Below are positions 41,114 to 50,612 of a DNA stretch of 59,172 bases, one piece after another. The notes beneath the pieces were generated by a model that did not search any database, was not told the DNA's origin, and worked only from the letters and a program-made list of their open reading frames with translations. The DNA lies in NCBI GenBank assembly GCA_052387335.1, contig JBQTJH010000080.1:1-59172 (forward strand). Direction: 5' to 3'. The position numbers and the translations under genes are program-made. The stretch comes from Panacagrimonas sp. (GTDB lineage Bacteria > Pseudomonadota > Gammaproteobacteria > Nevskiales > Nevskiaceae). Within the stretch, counting starts at the first letter, position 1. Each line of letters opens with the position of its first letter.

Positions 41114-41572
41114 TCAGACCTTCTTGGCGGCCTTGGCAACCTTTTTCACGGTCTTCTTGGCGGCGGTCTTGGCCTTGACCACGACCGGGCTGGAACCGCT
41201 GAGCTTGGCGCTGACATCGCCGTAGCCCTTCTTGACCACGCTGACCAGATCTTCGCCGGTCTTGGTGACGATGGTCAGGGATTCCTTGTACGCGGCGAGC
41301 ACCACGTCCTTGCCGGCCGGCAGATACTCGACTGGCTTGGCGGCCACGGCCTTGATGCCGTCGGTACGCACCTTCTCGAAGCTGGTCTGCGCGGCGGAAA
41401 ACAGGTCCTTGCCGGCGCCGACATTGGTTTTGACCAGACCTTGCACGCCCTCGACCACGATCACATTGGCCTGCTTCAGCGTCTCGAAGGACAGGGTCAC
41501 AACGTCCTGGCCCTTGGCCACGTACGGCTCGACCGCACCCTTGACGTCGCTCACAATGGTTTCGACATTCAT
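41114..41572 (-). CDS. Phasin-like PHA granule protein with Ala/Lys-rich tail
   Basis: Amphipathic helical 152-aa protein, histone-like KTAAKKTVKKVAKAAKKV tail, GGGAG RBS, PhaR-like boxes upstream. Confidence 0.7.
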   Translation of the reverse strand: MNVETIVSDVKGAVEPYVAKGQDVVTLSFETLKQANVIVVEGVQGLVKTNVGAGKDLFSAAQTSFEKVRTDGIKAVAAKPVEYLPAGKDVVLAAYKESLTIVTKTGEDLVSVVKKGYGDVSAKLSGSSPVVVKAKTAAKKTVKKVAKAAKKV

Positions 41573-41622
41573 GCTGGAACTCCCGTGTAAACAATTGAAA
41601 GAATTAATTAGGTCACCGCATC

Positions 41623-41671
41623 TGCTGCAGTGCAACAACCGACCGTCGCATCGTATTGTTGCAATGCAGCA
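41623..41671. promoter_or_regulatory. Pair of PhaR-like operator boxes
   Basis: TGCTGCAGTGCAACAA (41623-38) and TTGTTGCAATGCAGCA (41656-71) are inverted copies (15/16) containing TGC-N3-GCA. Confidence 0.65.
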
Positions 41672-41779
41672 TTGTCAACGATTGGTCCAAGGATTCCAGA
41701 ACCGTTTGTCGGATCGCCGCGAGTATCCATCTGCATTCGCGGCGGTGATTGCACGACCAGGCCGTCTACACTTAGCCGC

Positions 41780-43096
41780 ATGCTGCCGACCTCCTGGCCC
41801 CAGAAACTACGCGCCCGTCTGTGGGAAGAGCGCGTTGCCCTTTCGCGAACCGAAGCGGCACTGATCCGCGCCGGTCGTCATCTGTTCGCCCTCGGGCGCG
41901 ATCTCATCGACGGCCAGCTGTCGATGCGCGCCATGAGCCTGGTCTACACCACGCTGCTCTCCCTGGTGCCGTTTCTGGCGCTGGGGTTTTCGGTGCTCAA
42001 AGCCCTCGGCGTCCACAACACGCTGGAGCCGGTGCTGTACGAATTCCTGCGTCCGCTAGGGCCGCAGGCGGGCGAGATCACGTCCAGCGTGATCGGGTTT
42101 GTGGAGAAGATTCAGGTCGGATTACTCGGCTCAGTCGGCATCGCGCTGCTGTTCTACACCGCGATCTCCCTGATCCAGAAGGTGGAATCGAGCTTCAATT
42201 TCATCTGGCGTATCGAGCGTCCGCGCCCGTTCGCGCAGCGCGTGGGCGAGTATCTGAGCGTGCTCATGGTGGGGCCGGTCGTGGTGTTCCTGGCCCTGGG
42301 CATCACCGCCTCGGTGCTCAACAGCCAGATCGTCGGGAGCATCAAGGACATCGAACCCTTCGGCTTCTTGCTGTACGGACTGACCCGGCTGCTGCCCTAC
42401 GCCATGATCGTGGGCATGTTCAGCTTCCTGTACGCGTACATGCCCAACACCCGGGTGAGCCTTAAAGCCGCGGCGATCGGCGGCTTGGCGGCGGGCGTGT
42501 TATGGCAGTCCGCGAGTCTGGGTTTTGCCTCGTTCGTGGCAGCGGCCACCACCTACGACGCGATCTATTCCAGCTTCGCGGTCGTGATCCTGCTGCTGAT
42601 CTGGCTCTATGTGGGCTGGCTGATCCTGCTGATCGGCTGCGACCTGACGTTCTATGTGCAGCACCCGGCGCACATGAAACCGCATCGCAATGTGCCGTTA
42701 CCGGCCAGCCGCCAGGCGGAATATCTGAGCCTGCTGATCATGGGTCACGCCGGGCTGCGCTTCATTGCCGGCAAGCCCGGGCTGACGCAGGAGGAATTTG
42801 CACGCGATCTGGGGGCGCCCACGGAGCACGTGGCGCGCGCGATCGAGACGCTGATCCAGCATGGCTTTCTGACCGAAGCCGGTCGTGATCGCACGCAACT
42901 GGTGCCGGCTCGCGATCTGGATTCGGTCACCGTGGGCGAGCTATGGCGCAGCGTGCGGTCCGACCTTGGCCAGATCCGCCCCAGTGACGCGCTGGGACGG
43001 CAGGTGGTCGACATGATCGACGCTGCCGAAACCCGTTTCGTCGAACAGAACGCCGGCCTGAGCTTGCGAGCCTGGTTGCAGCTGCGGCCGGCTTAG
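41780..43096 (+). CDS. YihY/BrkB membrane protein with C-terminal winged-helix-like domain
   Basis: RAMSLVYTTLLSLVP, VESSFNFIWR, YMPNTRV, IYSSFA..LLIWLYVGW. Confidence 0.88.
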   Translation: MLPTSWPQKLRARLWEERVALSRTEAALIRAGRHLFALGRDLIDGQLSMRAMSLVYTTLLSLVPFLALGFSVLKALGVHNTLEPVLYEFLRPLGPQAGEITSSVIGFVEKIQVGLLGSVGIALLFYTAISLIQKVESSFNFIWRIERPRPFAQRVGEYLSVLMVGPVVVFLALGITASVLNSQIVGSIKDIEPFGFLLYGLTRLLPYAMIVGMFSFLYAYMPNTRVSLKAAAIGGLAAGVLWQSASLGFASFVAAATTYDAIYSSFAVVILLLIWLYVGWLILLIGCDLTFYVQHPAHMKPHRNVPLPASRQAEYLSLLIMGHAGLRFIAGKPGLTQEEFARDLGAPTEHVARAIETLIQHGFLTEAGRDRTQLVPARDLDSVTVGELWRSVRSDLGQIRPSDALGRQVVDMIDAAETRFVEQNAGLSLRAWLQLRPA

Positions 43097-43121
43097 CCGG
43101 CGCTTCGGAGATAGCAAGACG

Positions 43122-43403
43122 CTAGTTGCCGCGCTCCGGCAGGGTGATATTCATTTCCAGCACTTCCAGGCCGGACTCGCGCTGCACGTTGACCTGCACC
43201 GCGCTGTCCGGAACCGACACGTACTTGCGCACCACCGCCAACAACTCTTCGCGCAAGGCCGGCAGGTAGGATGCGGCCGCCTCACCCTGGGTTGAGCGTC
43301 GACCATCCTGGTCGCGCTGGATCGCCACCACCATCATCAGACGATCACGCGCGGTATTTGCCGAAGGTGGCTTCTTGCTTCTGAAAAATCCGAGCAAGTC
43401 CAT
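43122..43403 (-). CDS. minE: Cell division topological specificity factor MinE
   Basis: SANTARDRL, YLPALREELLAVVRKYV, VLEMNITLP. Confidence 0.95.
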   Translation of the reverse strand: MDLLGFFRSKKPPSANTARDRLMMVVAIQRDQDGRRSTQGEAAASYLPALREELLAVVRKYVSVPDSAVQVNVQRESGLEVLEMNITLPERGN

Positions 43404-43405
43404 CT

Positions 43406-44215
43406 TCAGCCTCCGAACAGCTTGCTGAACAAGCCCTTCTTCTGCGCCTCGATGAATCGGTGCGGACGCTCTTCACCCAGAAAGCGCGCGACCAAGTCGT
43501 CATAAGCCTGGCCGGCCTCGTTGGTCTGATCCAGGATCACCGGCGAGCCGGAGTTGGACGAGCTGAGCACCGCAGTGGACTCGGGCACCACCCCCAGCAA
43601 CGGCACGGCGAGGATGTCCTGCACGTCCTTGACCGAGAGCATCTCGCCCTTCTCCACCCGCGCCGGGTTGTAGCGCGTCAGCACCAGATGTTCCTTGACG
43701 CGGCCGGCATTGTTTTCACTCTTGCGGGTCTTGCTCGACAGCAAGCCCAGCACGCGATCAGAGTCGCGCACTGAGGACACTTCCGGATTGGTGACGACCA
43801 AGGCCTCGTCGGCGAAATACATCGCCAGATGGGCGCCGCGCTCGATGCCGGCGGGCGAGTCACAGACGATGTACTCGAAGTCATTGGCCAGTTCGTTGAG
43901 CACGCGCTCCACGCCCTCCTGGCTCAGCGCGTCCTTGTCACGTGTCTGGCTAGCGGCCAGGATCGACAGGTTCTCGTGGGTCTTGTCCTTGATCAGCGCC
44001 TGGCGCAGGTTGGCCTCGCCCTGGATGACGTTGACGAAGTCGAACACCACGCGACGTTCGCAACCCATGATCAAGTCGAGGTTGCGCAGGCCGACGTCGA
44101 AGTCGATGACCACGGTTTTTTTGCCGCGAGTTGCGAGGCCGGTTGCAAACGAGGCGCTGGTGGTGGTCTTGCCCACGCCGCCCTTGCCCGAGGTGACCAC
44201 AATGATCTTTGCCAA
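43406..44215 (-). CDS. minD: Septum site-determining protein MinD
   Basis: TTG start, VTSGKGGVGKTT, DVGLRNLDL, DSPAGIE, amphipathic KKGLFSKLFGG. Confidence 0.97.
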   Translation of the reverse strand: MAKIIVVTSGKGGVGKTTTSASFATGLATRGKKTVVIDFDVGLRNLDLIMGCERRVVFDFVNVIQGEANLRQALIKDKTHENLSILAASQTRDKDALSQEGVERVLNELANDFEYIVCDSPAGIERGAHLAMYFADEALVVTNPEVSSVRDSDRVLGLLSSKTRKSENNAGRVKEHLVLTRYNPARVEKGEMLSVKDVQDILAVPLLGVVPESTAVLSSSNSGSPVILDQTNEAGQAYDDLVARFLGEERPHRFIEAQKKGLFSKLFGG

Positions 44216-44298
44216 GTGAAAAACCCTCTCGAAATTTTCAGGCCCGCTCGCACGGGCCCTGTCCCCAGAATTCGCCGTCCCGCTCGGGACGCGCGGCG

Positions 44299-45021
44299 CT
44301 ACACGTCCAGCTTGTCTATCTTGAGCGTGCCATTGGCCAGGTAGGCCTGCACCGCCTGACCGCGCAGCGCGCCCTGCATCTGATCGGCGACAGCATAGAC
44401 ACCTGCCACCGCCAGCAACTCGGCTTCCATGCGCCGGCAAAACACCCGGGCCTGCTCATCGCCACGCGCTCCGGCGATCGCGCGTCCGCGCAGCGAGCCG
44501 TAGACATGCACGCAGCCGTCGGCAATGACCTCGGCTCCCGGGCTGACGGTGTTCATGATCACCAGATCAGCGTTGTCGGCGTAGATCTGCTGGCCGGAGC
44601 GAATCGGTTCCATCACCACGCGCGTCGGCTTGCGGCTGCCGGCGGCGACGATGGGCGCCGGGGCCGCCGACGCTGCGGGTTCGGCGGCAGGCCGCGCGGT
44701 CGCGCTACGGCTGCCGGCATCGGAAAACAGGTCGTCGCTGAGCACCGCCAAACCCAGTTCACGTCCGGCACGCGTTAGGGCGCCGTCGACCACGGCGATC
44801 GGCTGAACGCCGACGGCGCGCATCGCACTGAGTACCGGGCCCAGAGCAACGGCCTGCTCCGCATCCAGCAATAACGGCAGCCCGGCAGCGGCTTCACCGA
44901 GCGAACGGACGAAGGTTTTGAGCTGGGCTTCGATCGCTGTTGGATCAGTGTCGAGGATCCGGACCCGGGTCAGCGACAACATGCGGCCCTTGAATTCGAG
45001 AGCGGGTCTGGACTTGGCCAT
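44299..45021 (-). CDS. minC: Septum site-determining protein MinC
   Basis: IRSGQQIYA, GAEVIADG.VHVYGSLRGRAIAG. Confidence 0.95.
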   Translation of the reverse strand: MAKSRPALEFKGRMLSLTRVRILDTDPTAIEAQLKTFVRSLGEAAAGLPLLLDAEQAVALGPVLSAMRAVGVQPIAVVDGALTRAGRELGLAVLSDDLFSDAGSRSATARPAAEPAASAAPAPIVAAGSRKPTRVVMEPIRSGQQIYADNADLVIMNTVSPGAEVIADGCVHVYGSLRGRAIAGARGDEQARVFCRRMEAELLAVAGVYAVADQMQGALRGQAVQAYLANGTLKIDKLDV

Positions 45022-45127
45022 GAGCGGGACCTTTGAGTTGCGCGAGTTTACCCCGCTGGCCTGTGTTTTGCGTGGCCAATCCGGTAGCTTTGAACAACAT
45101 CAGAAAACTAGAGCCTGCCCCGGATTC

Positions 45128-46642
45128 ATGGCCATCGACTGGCAGCAATATCGCTGCGAAGCGTTTTACGACGAATTGTTCCAGGCCCCGGGTCAGCCGC
45201 GCGACGCGGCGCGACGACTGGCGGACTACTTGGACGATCTCGGCAATCCGGAACTGGCGGAGCGTCGGCTGGCGGCCGAGCTGGCGATCAAGGTCATGGG
45301 CATCAGCTTTACGGTCTACAGCGAGGGCAAGAATGTAGACCGGGCCTGGCCCTTCGACGTCATTCCGCGCGTGATCCCCAGACGCGAGTGGGAAAAGACC
45401 GAATCCGGCCTCAAGCAACGCGTGGCCGCGCTCAACTGCTTCATCGAAGACATCTACAACGACCAGAAGATCATCAAGGACAAGGTCTTCCCGGCTGAGC
45501 TGCTGGAAGAATCGGTGAACTTCCGCAAGCAGTGCGTGGGCATGCGTCCCAAGGGCGGCGTCTGGGCCCATATCTGCGGCAGCGACCTGGTGCGCGACAA
45601 GGACGGCACCCTGTACGTACTGGAAGACAATCTGCGCGTGCCCAGCGGTGTGAGCTACATGGTCGAGAACCGCATGGTAATGAAGCGCGTGTTCCCGGAG
45701 CTGTTCGAGAACACCACGATTCTTCCGGTCGACGATTACCCGTCCCAGCTCTACGACATGCTCGCCGCCATGTCACCGCGTCCGCTGGATCAACCCAACA
45801 TCGTGCTGCTGACGCCGGGCATCTACAACAGCGCCTACTTCGAGCACGCCTGGCTGGCACAGCAGATGGGCATCGAGCTGGTGGAGGGCACGGACCTGTT
45901 CGTTGCCGAGGATGACTGCTGCTACATGAGCACCATCTACGGCCCCAAGCGCGTGGATGTGATTTACCGGCGCATCGACGACCTGTTCCTGGATCCGGAA
46001 GTGTTCCGCGAGGACTCCATCCTTGGCACCAAGGGTCTGATGCGAGCCTGGCTCAAGGGCAAACTGGGCCTTGCCAATGCACCGGGCGCCGGCGTGGCGG
46101 ACGACAAGGTCGTGTACGCCTTCGTGCCGCAGATGATCAAGTATTACCTGGGCGAGGACGCGATCCTGCCGAATGTGCCGAGCTGGCTGTGCATGAACGA
46201 GAAGGATCGAGGGCACGTCATCGCCAATCTCGACAAGCTGGTGGTCAAGCCGGCCAACGAATCCGGCGGCTACGGCATGCTGATCGGGCCACGCGCTACG
46301 GCTGAAGAGCGCGACAAGTTCCGCGAGCTGATCCTGGGCAACCCACGCAACTACATGGCGCAACCCACGCTGTCGCTGTCCACCGCGCCCACCCTGATGA
46401 ACGATCACACGGTGGAACCGCGCCATCTGGACCTGCGGCCGTTCATCCTGTCCAGAGGCGATTCCACCTATGTGACCACCGGCGGCCTGACTCGTGTGGC
46501 CATGACCCGCGGCTCGCTGGTGGTGAACTCCTCCCAAGGCGGTGGTGCCAAGGACACCTGGGTGGTGGATACCGAGGCCGACGGTGCCGGCGTGCAAAGC
46601 CAGACTCAGAGCCAGTCAGCTTCAAACCGGGGAGCGCGCTAA
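45128..46642 (+). CDS. Circularly permuted type 2 ATP-grasp protein
   Basis: WPFDVIPR, VLEDNLRVPSGVSY, LTPGIYNSAYFEH, YRRIDD, GGLTRVA..GSLVVNSSQGGGAKDTWV. Confidence 0.92.
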   Translation: MAIDWQQYRCEAFYDELFQAPGQPRDAARRLADYLDDLGNPELAERRLAAELAIKVMGISFTVYSEGKNVDRAWPFDVIPRVIPRREWEKTESGLKQRVAALNCFIEDIYNDQKIIKDKVFPAELLEESVNFRKQCVGMRPKGGVWAHICGSDLVRDKDGTLYVLEDNLRVPSGVSYMVENRMVMKRVFPELFENTTILPVDDYPSQLYDMLAAMSPRPLDQPNIVLLTPGIYNSAYFEHAWLAQQMGIELVEGTDLFVAEDDCCYMSTIYGPKRVDVIYRRIDDLFLDPEVFREDSILGTKGLMRAWLKGKLGLANAPGAGVADDKVVYAFVPQMIKYYLGEDAILPNVPSWLCMNEKDRGHVIANLDKLVVKPANESGGYGMLIGPRATAEERDKFRELILGNPRNYMAQPTLSLSTAPTLMNDHTVEPRHLDLRPFILSRGDSTYVTTGGLTRVAMTRGSLVVNSSQGGGAKDTWVVDTEADGAGVQSQTQSQSASNRGAR

Positions 46643-47571
46643 TGCTCTCGCGCGTTGCCGACAATCTCTACTGGTTCGGACGCTATCTGCAACGCGCAGA
46701 AAACACCGCGCGCCTGATCAATGTTCACGCCAACCTGCTGCTCGATCTGCCCAAGGGCATGGTGTTCGGCTGGGAAGCACTGGTGCAGATTGTGGGTGCG
46801 GAAGAAACCTACCGCGAGATTTATCAGGACAGCTCGGAAAGCAATGTGCTGCGCTTCCTGATGCTGGATCCGCGCAATGAGGGATCGATCATCTCCTCGC
46901 TTCATCAGGCGCGCGAGATCCTGCGCACCGTGCGTGACTCGATGCCGCGCGAAGTGTGGGAGAAACTCAATGACCTGCACTACTTCGTGCAGGAACGCGG
47001 CGAGATGGTGACCTCACGCACGCGGCGTCAGGACTTCCTGCAACGCGTGATTGACGGTTCGGTATTGGTCAACGGCACCCTGGTCGCCAATATGAGCCGC
47101 GACGTCGGCTTCCAGTTCCTGCGCATCGGCACCAGCATCGAACAGGCCGACATGACCACGCGCATCCTCGATGTGCGGTCCACATCGCTGATTGAAAGCG
47201 GCTCGCGCCAAGAGTTGGCGCCGTTCTACAACATCCAGTGGATGAGCGTGCTGCGCTCGCTGACCGCCTACCAGATGTACCGCCGCCACGTACGCGCGCG
47301 CGTCAACCGCACCGGCGTGCTGCGCTTCCTGCTGCAGAACCGCGAATTCCCACGCAGCGTCATGTTCTGTTTGGCGCTGATCGGCGCCTCGCTGCCGCAC
47401 CTGCCGCAGAACCGCAATGTGGAACGCAGCCTCGCGCGGGTGCGAGCGGTGGTGCAGGACACCAGCATCCCGCACCTGGTAGAGGGCGGGCTGTCCGATT
47501 TCATCGACGAACTTCAGATCGGGCTCGGCGAGATCCACGCCGCATTTGCTCAGGCGTACTTTCGTAGCTGA
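46642..47571 (+). CDS. Alpha-E domain protein (DUF403)
   Basis: MLSRVADNLYWFGRYLQRAENTAR, E.ADMTTRILDV, FPRSV; 1-nt overlap with the ATP-grasp gene. Confidence 0.92.
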   Translation: MLSRVADNLYWFGRYLQRAENTARLINVHANLLLDLPKGMVFGWEALVQIVGAEETYREIYQDSSESNVLRFLMLDPRNEGSIISSLHQAREILRTVRDSMPREVWEKLNDLHYFVQERGEMVTSRTRRQDFLQRVIDGSVLVNGTLVANMSRDVGFQFLRIGTSIEQADMTTRILDVRSTSLIESGSRQELAPFYNIQWMSVLRSLTAYQMYRRHVRARVNRTGVLRFLLQNREFPRSVMFCLALIGASLPHLPQNRNVERSLARVRAVVQDTSIPHLVEGGLSDFIDELQIGLGEIHAAFAQAYFRS

Positions 47572-47649
47572 TGCCCGAATCCGCCGATCCTTCGTCAGGC
47601 GGACGCCGTCGAGCGCGTTCATCGTGCCAATTTATAAAATAATGTTTGC

Positions 47650-47668
47650 TTCTGAATTGACATCAGAA
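47650..47668 (+). promoter_or_regulatory. Inverted-repeat operator embracing a perfect -35 hexamer upstream of the HNH gene
   Basis: TTCTGA-A-TTGACA-TCAGAA, preceded by an AT-rich UP-like tract (TTTATAAAATAAT). Confidence 0.5.
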
Positions 47669-47772
47669 CAGACTGTCTTGAAGCCTCCACACGAAGCAGG
47701 CAGATTTCATAGCTGATTGAGAGAGTCCCGACACCAACGCGAGGCAAAGTCTGCGCTTCTCTGGCTAAGACC

Positions 47773-48336
47773 ATGATTCCGTCCATTCTCAAGCTCGACG
47801 CCGGCGGTCAGCCGGTCGCCTGGATCCGATGGCAGTCCGCCGTCACGCTCTACGCGCGCGATCGAGTGTGCTGGGAAGCAGGAGAAGAACGCTTCCGCAT
47901 TCTCGGTGGCGTCTGCGCCCGCACCGGCACCCGCTCCAGCTTCGAGATCGGATCGATCATCGCGGTAGCTGACAAGTCCAGAAAGTTCGCCAGTGGCATC
48001 CCGCTGCTGACCAACCGCACGCTGTTTCAACGTGACCACAACCTGTGCCTGTATTGCGGGCGCCAATTCCAGATCTCGGCGCTGACGCGTGACCACGTCA
48101 TCCCCGCCTCGCGCGGCGGCGAAAGTGCTTGGGAAAATTGCGTGACCGCCTGTGAACGCTGCAATCATCGCAAGGCAGATCGCACGCCCGAAGAAGCGAA
48201 CATGAAGCTGCTCGCGGTGCCGTACACGCCAAATCTGGCCGAGTATCTGATTCTGTCGAACCGAAAAATTCTGGCTGATCAGATGGAGTTCTTGCTGGCG
48301 TTCGCGGGCAAGAAGCAGCGCGCTCGCGCGCAGTAA
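47773..48336 (+). CDS. HNH endonuclease (McrA-like, Zn-binding)
   Basis: RDHNLCLYCG, TRDHVIPASRGG, WENCVTACERCNHRK. Confidence 0.92.
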   Translation: MIPSILKLDAGGQPVAWIRWQSAVTLYARDRVCWEAGEERFRILGGVCARTGTRSSFEIGSIIAVADKSRKFASGIPLLTNRTLFQRDHNLCLYCGRQFQISALTRDHVIPASRGGESAWENCVTACERCNHRKADRTPEEANMKLLAVPYTPNLAEYLILSNRKILADQMEFLLAFAGKKQRARAQ

Positions 48337-48398
48337 GTCTTTGGCTGTATCTCCCGACGGCCTCGCCAACATCGCAATCCATCATCGAGAAGATCTGC

Positions 48399-48851
48399 AT
48401 GAAACTCGAAACTATTGTGCTGCCCATGGGCGGCAACCCTGCTCCCAACCTGATCACCGGCGGCCAGCCAAGTGCGGCGGACTTCGAGGCCATGGCCAAG
48501 GCCGGCCTCAAGCACATCGTGAACCTGCGTCCGGAAACCGAAGACGCCGGCTTCGACGAACGCGCGCTCGCCGCGAAACTCGGCTTGAGCTACACCGTGG
48601 TGCCGATCAGCGGTGCGGGCGACTTCGATCTCGCGCGCGCCAGGGCGCTGGACGAGGCGATGGCCAAGACCGGCGGCGAACCCACGCTCGTTCACTGCGC
48701 GAGCAGCAATAGGGTCGGTGGCCTGCTCGCGCTGCGCGCGGCCTGGGTGCAGGGACAGTCGAAGGACGATGCGATGGCCTTCGGCCGCGCCGGTGGCCTG
48801 ACCAAGATGGAAGGCGCGGTGCAGGCGCTGCTGGATCGCGGGCCGGCCTGA
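48399..48851 (+). CDS. DUF442-type sulfurtransferase/phosphatase-fold protein
   Basis: GGQP, IVNLRP..E, LVHCASSNRVG. Confidence 0.8.
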   Translation: MKLETIVLPMGGNPAPNLITGGQPSAADFEAMAKAGLKHIVNLRPETEDAGFDERALAAKLGLSYTVVPISGAGDFDLARARALDEAMAKTGGEPTLVHCASSNRVGGLLALRAAWVQGQSKDDAMAFGRAGGLTKMEGAVQALLDRGPA

Positions 48852-48855
48852 GACC

Positions 48856-49926
48856 CTAAGCGAGCAGCGACGCCGCCTTCACCTGCGCCCACACCTCGCG
48901 TCCGGGTTCCAGTTGCAGGGCGGCGCAGGAGCGTCGCGTGATGCGGGCGAGCAAGGTTGCGCCGCCCGCATCGAGTCGCACCAGCATCTGCGCCGGATGC
49001 GTGCCCGCGGCGAGTTCGGTGACGCGCGCAGGCAGCAGGTTGAGGATGCTGCTGTGCGCCGGGCGTTCCAGCGCCAGGCTCACGTCGCGCGCCTGCACGC
49101 GGGCGCGCAGCGCGGTGCCGATTTTTTCTGCGCGCAGCGGCACCCACAGGCTGCCGCCGGAAAAATCCAGCCGCGTGAGCTGATCGCTCGCATCGTGCTC
49201 GGCGATCACGGTGTCGATCAGCGCGCCGGGGTCGTCGGCGAACGCGCCGGCCAGATCGAGCCGCGCCATCAGCGACGCGGCCGGCCCGCTTGCCAGCACC
49301 TTGCCAGCGTCGAGCAGCACAAGGTGATCGGCCAGGCGCGCGACTTCCTCGATCGCGTGGCTGACATAGATCGCCGGGATTTCCAGTTGCGCGTGCAGGC
49401 GTTCGAGGTAGGGCAGGATCTCGGCCTTGCGCGCGGCATCGAGGCTGGCGAGCGGTTCGTCGAGCAGCAGCAGGCGCGGATCGGCGAGCAGCGCGCGGGC
49501 AATCGCGACGCGCTGCTTCTCGCCGCCGGACAAGCCTTCTGGCATGCGATCCAGCAGCGCACGGATGCCGAGCAAATCCACGATGCCGCCGAAGCTCACG
49601 CCGGTCGGTCGACCCGCGCGCTTCCAGCCGAACGCCAGGTTCTGCCGCACGCGCAAGTGCGGAAACAGATTGGCGTCCTGAAACACGTAGCCGATTGCGC
49701 GGCGGTGCGCGGGCACAAACGTGGCGTCGTCCTGCCACACCGCGTTCTGCACGCGCACCTTGGCACCGCTCACGCGCTCAAGCCCCGCGATCACGCGCAA
49801 GCAAGTCGTCTTGCCGGAACCGGAGGGACCGAACAGCGCGGTGATGCCTTGTGCCGGCAACGCAAGATCAACATCCAGCGCAAAGCCGGGACGCGACAGC
49901 GCGGCGCGCAGCGCGACCCCGCTCAT
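48856..49926 (-). CDS. modC: Molybdate ABC transporter ATPase ModC
   Basis: [34 protein letters not shown] domain SSILNLL/AQVKA. Confidence 0.95.
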   Translation of the reverse strand: MSGVALRAALSRPGFALDVDLALPAQGITALFGPSGSGKTTCLRVIAGLERVSGAKVRVQNAVWQDDATFVPAHRRAIGYVFQDANLFPHLRVRQNLAFGWKRAGRPTGVSFGGIVDLLGIRALLDRMPEGLSGGEKQRVAIARALLADPRLLLLDEPLASLDAARKAEILPYLERLHAQLEIPAIYVSHAIEEVARLADHLVLLDAGKVLASGPAASLMARLDLAGAFADDPGALIDTVIAEHDASDQLTRLDFSGGSLWVPLRAEKIGTALRARVQARDVSLALERPAHSSILNLLPARVTELAAGTHPAQMLVRLDAGGATLLARITRRSCAALQLEPGREVWAQVKAASLLA

Positions 49927-50603
49927 CGCAGCCCCCGCACTCTCGGGTTGAACCAGTACAGCGCGAGCAGCACGACAAAGGAGAACACCAGCAACACCGC
50001 GGCCAGCGCGTGCGCCTGCGCGTAGTCGAAGGCCTCGACGTGATCGTAGATCTGCACCGATACCACGCGCGTTTCACCCGGAATGCTGCCGCCGATCATC
50101 AGCACCACGCCGAACTCGCCCACGGTGTGTACGAAGCCGAGCACCGTCGCGGTGAGAAATCCCGGCCGTGCCAGCGGCATCACCACGCTGAAGAAGCGAT
50201 CCAGCGGCGCGGCGCGCAAGGTGGCTGCGGCTTCGAGCGTGCGCTCGTCTATGGCCTCGAAAGCGTTCTGCAACGGCTGCACCACGAAGGGCAGCGAGTA
50301 CAGCATGGAGGCGACGACGAGGCCGCCGAAGGTGAACGGCAGCAGGCCCAGGCCGAGCGCCTGCGTGAGCTGGCCGAGCGGACCGTTGGGACCAAACGCG
50401 ATCAGCAGGTAGAAACCCAGCACGGTCGGCGGCAACACCAGCGGCAGCGCGATGATGGCCGCAACCGGCCGCTTCCACGCGCCGCGTGCGCGTGCAAGGC
50501 CCCACGCGAGCGGCGTGCCGATCAGCAGCAGGAGCAGGGTGACGACGGTCGCGAGCTTGACCGTCAGCCACAGCGCGGCGAGGTCCGCATCCGAGAGCGT
50601 CAT
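49923..50603 (-). CDS. modB: Molybdate ABC transporter permease ModB
   Basis: [41 protein letters not shown]. Confidence 0.96.
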   Translation of the reverse strand: MTLSDADLAALWLTVKLATVVTLLLLLIGTPLAWGLARARGAWKRPVAAIIALPLVLPPTVLGFYLLIAFGPNGPLGQLTQALGLGLLPFTFGGLVVASMLYSLPFVVQPLQNAFEAIDERTLEAAATLRAAPLDRFFSVVMPLARPGFLTATVLGFVHTVGEFGVVLMIGGSIPGETRVVSVQIYDHVEAFDYAQAHALAAVLLVFSFVVLLALYWFNPRVRGLR

Positions 50604-50612
50604 CCGCGCATG

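Noticed and set aside
47693-47760. True tRNA gene
   Set aside because: No T-loop (TTCGA), no proper cloverleaf and no CCA end; kept only as a candidate structured leader.
47773-48336. IscB/Cas9-like RNA-guided nuclease
   Set aside because: Only 187 aa, with no RuvC motifs, PLMP domain or bridge helix.
48851-48858. AGACCCTA matching the MITE terminus at the DUF442/modC junction
   Set aside because: Only 8 bp, partly formed by stop codons; compatible with chance.
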